Below are positions 16,301 through 25,248 of a stretch of DNA of 36,072 bases, one piece after another. The position numbers and the translations under genes are program-made. The notes under the pieces are model-generated. The model searched no databases, was not told the origin of the DNA, and worked only from the letters and a program-made list of their open reading frames with translations. Source of the DNA: a virus (lineage: Duplodnaviria > Caudoviricetes); IMG/VR virus record IMGVR_UViG_3300038673_000739, positions 1-36,072 of that record. One strand, 5' to 3'. Numbering within the stretch: position 1 is the first letter of the stretch; each line of letters opens with the position of its first letter.

Positions 16301-16680
16301 TCAGAAACTTTAGAAAAAAACCAACTATTAAAGCAGAAGAATGGAATAAAATTGAAGAAAAAGCCAAGAGTGCTAGTTATTTTTTAAATAATAAACGCTT
16401 CAAGTTTATTCAAGACTATATTAATGCTTCACTTAATGAAATAGAACAATTGATTTTAAATAATAGTGTTAAAGAGGTTCACGAAGAAAGTATTATTTCT
16501 GATAAATTCAAGAAAATATTTGTGACTCCCAAAAAGGTGCAGGTTGATGAATTAATTGGTGCTTATAAATGGATTAAACAATTTATGGCTGATTTAGAAT
16601 TTCTCATTATTCAAAGAGATAATTTTGCTAAAAAAGCCGAGAATAAGGAAATTGAAATTGAACGATCAAAAGAAATTTGA
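16297..16680 (+). CDS. Hypothetical head-module protein
   Basis: ATGA-coupled ORF, predicted helical. Confidence 0.65.
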   Translation: MIRNFRKKPTIKAEEWNKIEEKAKSASYFLNNKRFKFIQDYINASLNEIEQLILNNSVKEVHEESIISDKFKKIFVTPKKVQVDELIGAYKWIKQFMADLEFLIIQRDNFAKKAENKEIEIERSKEI

Positions 16681-16981
16681 TAAACCACTAGATAAGTGGG
16701 TTGAAGAAACCAAAGATCTTGAGATAGTTACCCCTAAATATAGTAAAAAAGGTGTTGAATTTGTAAAGAAGACTATTGAGGCTAAAGAAAATGTAGTTTA
16801 CACAGAACCAACAAATTACAGAACTTTTTGTGCTAGAGGAGAACACCATTGGGAATGTGAAGATCCACATAATTATATTTTCCGTTGTAGCAAGTGTTCT
16901 TTAAAGAGAAAAGTTTTTCCAATTACCTATGACTTTAAAGATGGTCAACTAATTAATCGTAGAACTGGTGAATTAATCTAA
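16625..16981 (+). CDS. Zinc-ribbon protein (start uncertain)
   Basis: C...HHW...CSKC motif. Confidence 0.55.
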   Translation: MLKKPRIRKLKLNDQKKFDKPLDKWVEETKDLEIVTPKYSKKGVEFVKKTIEAKENVVYTEPTNYRTFCARGEHHWECEDPHNYIFRCSKCSLKRKVFPITYDFKDGQLINRRTGELI

Positions 16982-16996
16982 TTTTCAAAAAAGAAG

Positions 16997-17023
16997 ACAA
17001 ATGAATAGATAGTTTGTTATTAT
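16997..17023 (+). promoter_or_regulatory. Late-type promoter for the scaffold-capsid operon
   Basis: ACAAAT-N15-TATTAT. Confidence 0.65.
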
Positions 17024-17133
17024 TGTATTAAGTAACAAATCTGACATCCTTTGTTGTTACTTTGATGCTTCGGGTTGCGAGACCCGTCACCAAATATCGT
17101 TAGAAGCTAAGAAGGATGCAAGAAAGGAACAGA

Positions 17134-18009
17134 ATGCCAGAAGGTTCTGTTTTAGTAGACGGAGTAGATACTGAATCTACGGAAACTCAAGATTCTAATG
17201 AAGAATCTAGTGAAGAGACCAAAGAAGTTGAGGAAACACAAACCGATACTTCACAAGAATCAACACAAGAAACAGAAGAGTCAAAAGATTCCAAAGAGGA
17301 AGTAAAATACACCGAAAAAGGTACTAAGCTAGATCCTAATCCTGCGTCAGCTGCTTATCAGCAACTGGCAAATGAAAGAAGGATAAGGCAACAATACGAA
17401 CAGGTTTTGCAAAATCCTGCGTTACTCCAGAGATATTTAGAAGAGTCTGGAATGACAAAGGCAGAGCAGAAGGAAGTTAAAAAAGCATTTGATGCTAACA
17501 ACTTTAAAACTGTAGATGATGTTGCTAAAGCCTTTAACGATATTCAAACTGAATATCAATCAAAGGTGCAGGAACTAGAGAACACAGTTAGATCATTAAA
17601 AAGTGAGCTATCAGGTCTAGGAACAAGCAGAAGACTAGAACAAGTTGCAAATAAAATGCAATCTGATGTTGTTTCGGTTCGGGCTAAATATCCTGAACTT
17701 GACCCAAATTCTCCAGATTACGATGCTGATTTGGAGAAGGCAGTAGCTGACTTTTATAGAATGTCTGACTATGACCAACAGACTGGTAGTTTTATGGGCA
17801 AACAATCAATTGCCGAAATTACTGAAATAGTAATGAAAGCAGTTAACAAAGCCAGGAAATCTGGCTCTAGACAAGCTCAAACAACTATCAAACAAAAATC
17901 TTTAGGCAAAGTTGTTACCTCTAGTAAAAGTACGTCTGGTTCATCCAAAGAAACAGATGATCCAGGTGCAACAATTGCTCAGAGAATTAATAAATTATTA
18001 AGTCAGTAA
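17134..18009 (+). CDS. Capsid scaffolding protein
   Basis: Acidic disordered N-terminus, coiled coil, directly upstream of the capsid gene; start at MPEGSV after GAAAGGA. Confidence 0.8.
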   Translation: MPEGSVLVDGVDTESTETQDSNEESSEETKEVEETQTDTSQESTQETEESKDSKEEVKYTEKGTKLDPNPASAAYQQLANERRIRQQYEQVLQNPALLQRYLEESGMTKAEQKEVKKAFDANNFKTVDDVAKAFNDIQTEYQSKVQELENTVRSLKSELSGLGTSRRLEQVANKMQSDVVSVRAKYPELDPNSPDYDADLEKAVADFYRMSDYDQQTGSFMGKQSIAEITEIVMKAVNKARKSGSRQAQTTIKQKSLGKVVTSSKSTSGSSKETDDPGATIAQRINKLLSQ

Positions 18010-18019
18010 AGGAAATATT

Positions 18020-19174
18020 ATGTCCGCTCAATACGGTCAGAGGTCAACCCTTGCTGCTTCGGATAGAGATCTTCATATTGATATAGAAGATCAAATTGTT
18101 AAATATCCCGATGCTCGCATTGAGTTACTCAAAAGATTAAACGGCTCTAACTTCAAAAATAATGTGAAATCTCACAAATATGAATGGAGTATCCGTGATA
18201 ATCGACCTTTGAAGGCTAAAGTGGTCAATTTAACTGTCGCTGCTGATGCAACCGAAGTTATTGTTGATACTGCTGGTGCTTTCAATAAGGATGATGTTAT
18301 TAAGAAACCAAATGGCGAACTAGTCATTGTTGAAAAAGTAATTGGTGGAACCAATGTTACTTTTAGACATTTGTCTGGTACTCCAGAGTCTTTAGAGGCT
18401 GATGATGCGTTAGTCGCTGTCGGTGTTGCTGCTGCTCAAGGTGCAGATGCCGATGATATGGTGACTACTGGCTTTGAAGATCTGTACAACTACACTCAAA
18501 TTTTTGAGGATGTTGTTGATCTTTCTGGCACAGAGAACGCAGCCTTAATTAGAGGTGAAGAGAACTCTGGTCAACTTATTGCTCGCAAGCAACAAGAATT
18601 GGCTGAGAAACTCCAAAATACTTTGATTATCGGTGCTCGCACTAAAGACGATGCTCGTAAGCATTACACCATGGGTGGATTAAAATTCATGGTTGATACT
18701 TACGCTCCACAAAATGCTATCAATTTTGGGGGAAACATCTGGACTAATGATAGTGATGTAATCGCCAAGATAGACGATGGGTTTGATATTCTTGCAAACA
18801 AAGCCTTCGACAAACCAGTAATGTATGTCGGTGCTAAGTTTATGAGAAAATTCAAATTTATCCAAGACGACACTACTCAAACAACTTTGCGTGAGAAAGC
18901 ACGAGGAGTTGGTGTAGTCAGAACCTATCTATCTCACCTTTTTGGTGATGTTGATGTGGTCTTACTACAGGAGAGAGCTGGTCTAATGGATGATCTAGTT
19001 TTCTTGGTAGATGAATCTACTATTGGTTACAAAGCTATGCAAAAGAGAGCATGGAAAACCTATCCTCTTGCTAAAATCGGTGATAGTTACCGCTGGCAAG
19101 TATTAGGTGAATACACTTTCAAGGCTGATATGCCTGAGAATATTGTGTATTTCTATAATCTCGGAGTCGCTTAA
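18020..19174 (+). CDS. Major capsid protein (DUF5309/SU10-like)
   Basis: HKYEW, NYTQIF, TMGGL, GEYT motifs; strong RBS; followed by a terminator. Confidence 0.88.
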   Translation: MSAQYGQRSTLAASDRDLHIDIEDQIVKYPDARIELLKRLNGSNFKNNVKSHKYEWSIRDNRPLKAKVVNLTVAADATEVIVDTAGAFNKDDVIKKPNGELVIVEKVIGGTNVTFRHLSGTPESLEADDALVAVGVAAAQGADADDMVTTGFEDLYNYTQIFEDVVDLSGTENAALIRGEENSGQLIARKQQELAEKLQNTLIIGARTKDDARKHYTMGGLKFMVDTYAPQNAINFGGNIWTNDSDVIAKIDDGFDILANKAFDKPVMYVGAKFMRKFKFIQDDTTQTTLREKARGVGVVRTYLSHLFGDVDVVLLQERAGLMDDLVFLVDESTIGYKAMQKRAWKTYPLAKIGDSYRWQVLGEYTFKADMPENIVYFYNLGVA

Positions 19175-19207
19175 ATAAATAATTAAAAGTTATCTATTTA
19201 GTAAATT

Positions 19208-19230
19208 ACCCCTAGAAATAGGGGTTTTTT
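19208..19230 (+). terminator. Rho-independent terminator
   Basis: ACCCCTA-GAAA-TAGGGGT-TTTTT. Confidence 0.9.
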
Positions 19231-19235
19231 ACTTC

Positions 19236-19769
19236 TTGTCTTTTACACAATGCTATGTTATAGATATAAACATGAAGCAAATTCAATTATCTGGAAAAAA
19301 CAACAACCTATATGCTTTAGTAGATGATTCTAATTATGATTCACTTATTAGATATAAATGGTACTTACATAGAAAAGGATATGTAAGAAGAAACAGAAGG
19401 TCAATAAATGGTATTAAAGATACTTTACCAATTTCTATGCATGGATTAGTTTTAGGGTCTAAAGAAGGTTTTGTTATTGATCATATTAATAATAATAAAT
19501 TAGATAATAGAAAAGAAAATCTCAGATTTATTACGAATAGACAAAATATAAGGCGTAGAGGAAAACAAAAAAACTCTAAAACTGGATATAAGGGTGTCTA
19601 TGTTTGTAAAACAAAAGGATTAAAGTCGTTAAGGTATAATGTTTATATTAGGGTTAATAAAAAACTACTATTTGTAGGATATTTTAAAAACAAAATTAAA
19701 GCTGCAAAAGCATATAATGTTGCATCTAAAAAATATCATGGAGAATTTGGGTATCAAAATATTGTTTAG
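19236..19769 (+). CDS. HNH endonuclease with AP2 domain (probable start MKQIQL)
   Basis: YALVDD, MHGLV, IDHINNNKLDNRKENLR, GYKGV, AAKAYN...HGEF motifs. Confidence 0.9.
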   Translation: MSFTQCYVIDINMKQIQLSGKNNNLYALVDDSNYDSLIRYKWYLHRKGYVRRNRRSINGIKDTLPISMHGLVLGSKEGFVIDHINNNKLDNRKENLRFITNRQNIRRRGKQKNSKTGYKGVYVCKTKGLKSLRYNVYIRVNKKLLFVGYFKNKIKAAKAYNVASKKYHGEFGYQNIV

Positions 19770-19788
19770 TCTTGATAATTAACTAATT

Positions 19789-19812
19789 AGCCCTCTTTTT
19801 AGAGGGCTTTTT
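19789..19812 (+). terminator. Rho-independent terminator
   Basis: AGCCCTCT-TTTT-AGAGGGCT-TTTT. Confidence 0.85.
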
Positions 19813-19888
19813 AGTATCCTATAGTTTTGTATCCCCCCAGACATACTTTAATAGAATTTGTTATTCTTAATAATGAAAGGAGATCTAT

Positions 19889-20053
19889 ATGAGTTCAACA
19901 ACTGATTCACGAACAGTATTCGTTTTGGGTAAAGAAGTTGACGGCAACAGAGAAGTTCATGTCTTAGAATCTGGTTCTAGTTACGATTGGGATCCAGATA
20001 CTATTTCAACTTACACTGCTGGTGAAGCTTCATTCCCATATTTTGAGGAATAA
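19889..20053 (+). CDS. 54-aa acidic late protein, possible capsid decoration protein (not in ORF track)
   Basis: MSSTTDSRTVFVLGKEVDGNREVHVLESGSSYDWDPDTISTYTAGEASFPYFEE; AAGGAG RBS; own promoter ACATAC-N15-TATTCT (19841-19867) and own terminator. Confidence 0.75.
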   Translation: MSSTTDSRTVFVLGKEVDGNREVHVLESGSSYDWDPDTISTYTAGEASFPYFEE

Positions 20054-20075
20054 AAGAAATACTGAAAATCAAATT

Positions 20076-20100
20076 AGGGCTACTTTTGGTAGCCCTTTTT
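20076..20100 (+). terminator. Rho-independent terminator
   Basis: AGGGCTAC-TTTTG-GTAGCCCT-TTTT. Confidence 0.85.
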
Positions 20101-20116
20101 GTAACTTCTTTATAAG

Positions 20117-20143
20117 ACAAATCGGGTCAAAAAAGTTTACAAT
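20117..20143 (+). promoter_or_regulatory. Late-type promoter for the tail operon
   Basis: ACAAAT-N15-TACAAT-N8-ATG. Confidence 0.75.
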
Positions 20144-20151
20144 TAAAGTAT

Positions 20152-20847
20152 ATGATAAATACACCCCAAGTTATTAGTACCCTCGCTGATGTAATGAATT
20201 TTATGGCGGTTTATGCTGGTGGTTCAGTACCAGCTGAAAGTGATGACGAGTATCAATCTTGGAGACGCTGGATTAGGGTAAAACAGGAAGAATATGCAAA
20301 GAGGGGATTCTGGAGGAGACTTCTTCAAAGAGCCGAAATTACCCTAACTGGTGATACCACACTACTCCCAGAAAACTTTCATAAATCAAATGGTCTTTAT
20401 GTACTTGATGTAGCTGGTGTAGATTGGATGGAACCAGACAATAAAGATGGTATTTATGTTTTTGTGGAAATGATTAATGACAGTAGTAATGATAATTTAG
20501 GTCGTTGGCAAATGAGATTTAGTGCTCCAGTAGATGAAACCGAAGCTATTATTTGGTATTTTGCTAATCCTCCAGTTCCAGAAGCAAGTACTGATAAGAT
20601 TCTCCTCCCAGGAGATATGGTTGCCTATGGAGCTTTAGCTGAATATTTTGGTGCAACTAATCGGGCAGGAAGTCAAGACAAAGCTGATCAAGATGCAGAA
20701 AATCGGTTTATTAGTTATTTAAGTTTAGAAATGATTCCACCTAAAAATGAATTATTAGTATTTTCTAATAGTGGTGGCACTAAAAAGAATTACAACGCTA
20801 AAGCTAGAAGTTATTATTATAGATCTGATAGACACACTCAAGTCTAA
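20152..20847 (+). CDS. Head-tail adaptor (tail tubular protein A-like)
   Basis: Size, position, LPENF and ILLP...VAYGALAE motifs. Confidence 0.65.
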   Translation: MINTPQVISTLADVMNFMAVYAGGSVPAESDDEYQSWRRWIRVKQEEYAKRGFWRRLLQRAEITLTGDTTLLPENFHKSNGLYVLDVAGVDWMEPDNKDGIYVFVEMINDSSNDNLGRWQMRFSAPVDETEAIIWYFANPPVPEASTDKILLPGDMVAYGALAEYFGATNRAGSQDKADQDAENRFISYLSLEMIPPKNELLVFSNSGGTKKNYNAKARSYYYRSDRHTQV

Positions 20848-20861
20848 AAACAAGTCTAATT

Positions 20862-22913
20862 ATGTACCAAACTAGAAAAAGAAGAAAAGACCCCAAAGTA
20901 AGAAGAGGTGGTAGTCAAGGTTTTCCAGGTGGATTAAATACACTTGCTCACGCTTCAACACTACAAGAATCAGAACTGTCAGAATTAATTAATGGTGTGT
21001 ATTCTCAATATGGCACTATTTCTAAACGATTAGGTAGTAAAATTCTTGGTACTCCAGATACAACTAATGGTGAAATTACCCAGTTAAAAAGTGTTTATAA
21101 AATTAATGGTAAAGATTATTTACTGCGGATAGCAGATGATGGAATACCTAAATATTTTGACTTTAATACAGAAACTTGGGTAAACTTTTCTGGTACTGCT
21201 CCTAGCGGATATTCTGGTTCTACTCCAACTTTTGTTTCTGGTACTCCTCATTTTTCAACCAATTCAATTACTTGGATAGTGCAAATTAAAGGCATTGTTT
21301 ATTTTGCTAATGAAGATGATAATTTAGTTTATTATGATAATGGTCAATGGTATATTTATAGTTTAATTAATAATCCAACAACAGTTCCAACAGTTACAAA
21401 AACTGGTACTAAAACTGGTCCTCATAAATGGTATTACCGTTATGCTTTTTATAATGAAGTAGGTGGAACTCTAGCTTCTCCTGCAGTCACAAGTCAGGGG
21501 AGTGGTACTGGTTGGCTTGATAATATGCCAGAATTTCCTGATGAAAATACTTATGCCACAGTTACTATTCCCACTAGACCATCAGGAACAAAAAATACTG
21601 CTATTTTTAGAGGTTTATCTCCTGGAGATGAACAATATTTAACTTCTGTACCAGCTTCAAATGATACTTTTGTAGATAATGGAGAATATTCTCCCAATCC
21701 AATGTATTTAGTACCAGCTGCTAATACTACAACTGGACCACATTTTAAATTACTTGATTCGTATAGAGGTTCATTGGTTGGAGTTAGTACTGAAGAGGGT
21801 GATGATTCAATAATCTGGAGTGGAGCTTTAGATAAGTTTAAATCATTTGGCTTGCCTGATGGTGCTGGCATAGCTGATTACCGAGCAGGTGAAGGAACAA
21901 CTATTAATGCCATTATTACGTTTGTTTCTGGTAATGAAGATGCCTTATTTATCTTTAAAGATAATGTAATAGGAAAATTTAATTTTGTTGATTATGGTGA
22001 TGTTGAGGGAGCTACTATTAAAGATGTTAATATTTCTGTTGGTTCTATTTCTCCTTTTTCTCCTCATGTGGCTGGTAATAATTTAAGGTTTTGGTCAAGA
22101 GATGGAGCTGCTACTCTTGGTCACGAAGCTAATTTTGGTACGGTACTTCGTTATAGTGTTTTATCTGTCAAGGCAGAGGGAATAGTTAGACAAATTACTA
22201 ACGCTAATATTAATAAGGTTTGTGGAGTTTTTTATCGGAATGTTTCAATGTTTGGCATATCTACTGATGTCTCAGACGCAGGAAATAACGCAGTTTTAGC
22301 TTATGATGAACGATATGACGCTTGGAGTTTATGGACTGGTCTTTATCCCAAAATCTTTACTAAATTTATTAATCCTACAACTAAAGAAGAAATACTTGTT
22401 TATGGTTCAAATAAAACCGCTGATGTATTAAAGATGTTTGAGGGAAGAACTGATTATAACTCTTCAACTGGAGCTGGCACACCGATAACTCTGTCAATTA
22501 CTACTAAACAATATGATGAGGGTGTGCCAGACCAGTTTAAAATGGCTGATAAAATTACTCTAGTATTTGGTGCCTTATTTGGTAATTCAACCACAGTTGG
22601 TATAACTAGAGCAGATCATAGAGGCGTTCATAATGATCCAAGACTAGCTATTACCAGAGATGCAGAATTATCTGGTTTTGGTAATGATGAATGGGGTAAT
22701 CAAGAATTTGGGATGATGACAGAAGATGATTTGAGTAGTGATATCAATGTTAAATATATTGACTTAAAACAAAAAGACTTATTTTGGTTAAAAGTTAACT
22801 TGCAAAATGATGGCATAGAGGATGAAATTCAACTCATTGGCATTTATACTTATTTTGCTCCAAGTGATAGACCTCTTCCATTTACTGCAAAATTAAGGCA
22901 ACTAGCAAAATGA
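20862..22913 (+). CDS. Tail nozzle/hub (tubular protein B or P22 gp10-like)
   Basis: FPGGLN, N...G.ISKRLG, SIIWS, LFIFK, VLAYD...WS.W, ITTKQYD motifs. Confidence 0.75.
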   Translation: MYQTRKRRKDPKVRRGGSQGFPGGLNTLAHASTLQESELSELINGVYSQYGTISKRLGSKILGTPDTTNGEITQLKSVYKINGKDYLLRIADDGIPKYFDFNTETWVNFSGTAPSGYSGSTPTFVSGTPHFSTNSITWIVQIKGIVYFANEDDNLVYYDNGQWYIYSLINNPTTVPTVTKTGTKTGPHKWYYRYAFYNEVGGTLASPAVTSQGSGTGWLDNMPEFPDENTYATVTIPTRPSGTKNTAIFRGLSPGDEQYLTSVPASNDTFVDNGEYSPNPMYLVPAANTTTGPHFKLLDSYRGSLVGVSTEEGDDSIIWSGALDKFKSFGLPDGAGIADYRAGEGTTINAIITFVSGNEDALFIFKDNVIGKFNFVDYGDVEGATIKDVNISVGSISPFSPHVAGNNLRFWSRDGAATLGHEANFGTVLRYSVLSVKAEGIVRQITNANINKVCGVFYRNVSMFGISTDVSDAGNNAVLAYDERYDAWSLWTGLYPKIFTKFINPTTKEEILVYGSNKTADVLKMFEGRTDYNSSTGAGTPITLSITTKQYDEGVPDQFKMADKITLVFGALFGNSTTVGITRADHRGVHNDPRLAITRDAELSGFGNDEWGNQEFGMMTEDDLSSDINVKYIDLKQKDLFWLKVNLQNDGIEDEIQLIGIYTYFAPSDRPLPFTAKLRQLAK

Positions 22914-24229
22914 TTTTTCGTGCTAACGATAAATACCGAGCTAATTTAAGATCAACTTGGATTGCAACTCCACCTGATACAACACTTCAAGTTAATGCTT
23001 TACCACTAAATCTACCCACACTAGTGACTGTTGGTTGGGGTGCTACTTATGAAACTGTTTTTATTGTTGAGGGCAAGTCTGGAACTGATCCTTCTAATTA
23101 TGCCCTAACTGGAGTTACTAGGTTAAAAGGTGCTAATGAAAATCTCCCAGTTGATGCTTCGGTTAATTGTCTTAATAATGAAGAATTTTTTAATCAATTT
23201 GTAAGTTATATGGGGGTTGATTGGAAGGGTGAATGGAATTCTACTACCACTTATAAAGCAGGAGAAGGTATTTCTTATCACGGTTCTTCTTATGTTGCTT
23301 TAGTTGATACTACCAATGATGAACCACCACTAGATGGAACTTGGTCTTTAGTCAATAAAAGAGGTGCTACTTGGACTTATGGTAGTGGAGTTCCTGACAA
23401 TGATGATGGCGATGATGAAGACTTTTATTTAGATGTCACAGCCAATGATATTTATGTTAAAGAAGGTGGTGTTTGGGGAATAGTGACTAACATTAAAGGT
23501 GATCAAGGAATTCAAGGTATTCAGGGAGTACCTGGAACTGGTGGAGTTATTCCATCTGGAGTAGAAAATAATATCGTTATTATTGATGCTAATGAAGAAA
23601 TAGTAGATAGTGGTAAATCTATTAATGATATGGCTACTAAAACTGGAACAGAAACTTTAACTCATAAAACAATAAATGCAAATGATAATACTTTAACTAA
23701 TATTATTCCTGCTGGAACAATTAATATGTTTGGCGGTTCATCTGCACCGACTGGGTGGCTCATTTGCAATGGTAATGCAGTTTCTCGGACAACTTACAGT
23801 AGCCTATTTTCAATTATTGGAACAACTTATGGGACTGGTGATGGTTCAACCACTTTTAATCTACCTAATCTCAAAGGCAAAGTAGTAGTAGGACTAGATA
23901 GTGGCGATACCAGTTTTGATGCTTTAGGTGAAACGGGTGGAGAGAAAACTCACACTTTAAGTGTTAGTGAAATGCCATCGCATACACATGCTCAAAATGC
24001 TCACGGACATAATGTTTATGTGCCTTATAGATTAGCGACTTCTCCAAGCATCGGATATAATGGAGATGGTCTTGTAGGTAGTGGTGGAGCAACTGCTTTA
24101 TCTAATTACATAGCAGTACCAATGACAACTGCAAATAATACAATAGCAACAAATCAAAATACTGGTGGTGGCAATGCTCACAATAACCTTCAACCCTACA
24201 TTACACTTAATTACATTATTAAAACTTAA
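22910..24229 (+). CDS. Tail fibre with collar domain
   Basis: PAGTINMFGGSSAPTGWLICNG...TTFNLPNLKG collar; short collagen repeat; HTH motif; NLQPYITLNYIIK C-terminus. Confidence 0.9.
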   Translation: MIFRANDKYRANLRSTWIATPPDTTLQVNALPLNLPTLVTVGWGATYETVFIVEGKSGTDPSNYALTGVTRLKGANENLPVDASVNCLNNEEFFNQFVSYMGVDWKGEWNSTTTYKAGEGISYHGSSYVALVDTTNDEPPLDGTWSLVNKRGATWTYGSGVPDNDDGDDEDFYLDVTANDIYVKEGGVWGIVTNIKGDQGIQGIQGVPGTGGVIPSGVENNIVIIDANEEIVDSGKSINDMATKTGTETLTHKTINANDNTLTNIIPAGTINMFGGSSAPTGWLICNGNAVSRTTYSSLFSIIGTTYGTGDGSTTFNLPNLKGKVVVGLDSGDTSFDALGETGGEKTHTLSVSEMPSHTHAQNAHGHNVYVPYRLATSPSIGYNGDGLVGSGGATALSNYIAVPMTTANNTIATNQNTGGGNAHNNLQPYITLNYIIKT

Positions 24230-24239
24230 AAAGGAAAAA

Positions 24240-24359
24240 GTGCCAATATATAAAACTAAAGCTGGGTATAAAATAAAAAATACTAAGGGAGTGAGTAAGA
24301 CACGCAAGCAAGCATTAAAACGCTTGCGAGCAATCAAGGTTAGACAAAAGAAAGTGTAA
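24240..24359 (+). CDS. Small basic protein, 39 aa
   Basis: GTG start after AAGGA; MPIYKTKAGYKI...ALKRLRAI. Confidence 0.6.
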   Translation: MPIYKTKAGYKIKNTKGVSKTRKQALKRLRAIKVRQKKV

Positions 24360-24372
24360 TCATTGCACAAAT

Positions 24373-24399
24373 ACAAATAAGATGCTGTTAAATTATAAT
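24373..24399 (+). promoter_or_regulatory. Late-type promoter for the second fibre module
   Basis: ACAAAT-N15-TATAAT. Confidence 0.75.
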
Positions 24400-24425
24400 T
24401 AAGATATAACTAAATAAAGGATAAA

Positions 24426-25031
24426 ATGATTTTTAAGGCAAACGATAAATATAGGGCTCAACTTAGATCTACTTGGGTTGCTGATCCACCAGGTACTTCA
24501 CTTCTAGTTACTGCTCTTCCAGAAAATGTACCAACTGTTGTTACAGTAGGTTGGAATACTGATTATGAAACTATTTTCTCGGTAGAAGGTAAGTCTGGAG
24601 ATAGTCCATCTAATTATGCTTTAACTGGTGTGACAAGACTTAGAGGAGCACAAGTAAACTTGCCAGAAAATACTGCAGTTAACTGTCTTCAACACGAAGA
24701 TTTCTTAAATCAATACTTCTTAACTTCTGAGTGGAATGAAATTCCTTTTTCAACTACTCCTGTTTTTGATGGAGATAATGGACCAAAACAATACATTACT
24801 TTGACTGGTAATGCTACTTTTTCTATTGCTAATGTTTCTGAATCAAGAGTTTTCTTGCTGAGAGTTATTCAAGATGCAACTGGAGGTCACAGTATTACTT
24901 GGTGGAATGGTATTACTTGGATGAGTCCAGAAGTTTCACTAAATACCTCACCAAATAAAGTATCAGTTTATGGATTTATCTCAACTGGTACTGGTACTTA
25001 TGATGGTTGGTTAATGGGCAAAGAATATTAA
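24426..25031 (+). CDS. Second fibre/adaptor protein sharing the anchor domain of the tail fibre
   Basis: First 97 aa are 67/97 identical (hand count) to 22910..; C-terminal ITLTGN...QDATGG..ITW beta domain. Confidence 0.8.
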   Translation: MIFKANDKYRAQLRSTWVADPPGTSLLVTALPENVPTVVTVGWNTDYETIFSVEGKSGDSPSNYALTGVTRLRGAQVNLPENTAVNCLQHEDFLNQYFLTSEWNEIPFSTTPVFDGDNGPKQYITLTGNATFSIANVSESRVFLLRVIQDATGGHSITWWNGITWMSPEVSLNTSPNKVSVYGFISTGTGTYDGWLMGKEY

Positions 25032-25034
25032 ACT

Positions 25035-25247
25035 ATGAAACAAAAAAGGAACAATATGATTAAAACAGTCTTTAAAATTATTGGTTATGAAATAAAAACA
25101 CCAGAAGGTAATTTTATGGAGTCTTGTGCCTTTTGGGTTTATGCCAAAGATGAAAAAGAAGCTCTTAAAAGAGCTAAAGCTAAAGGAGTAAAAAAGAAAT
25201 ATTGGCAAACTGTAGAAGTTATTGAAGAAGACAAAAAGGAGGTGTAA
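25035..25247 (+). CDS. Hypothetical small protein in the fibre module
   Basis: VYAKDEKEALKRAK; lies between adaptor and fibre tip. Confidence 0.6.
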   Translation: MKQKRNNMIKTVFKIIGYEIKTPEGNFMESCAFWVYAKDEKEALKRAKAKGVKKKYWQTVEVIEEDKKEV

Positions 25248-25248
25248 C

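Noticed and set aside
19175-19812. Group I intron in the capsid gene carrying the HNH
   Set aside because: The capsid ORF ends normally with a terminator and there is too little flanking sequence for a ribozyme core, so the HNH is free-standing
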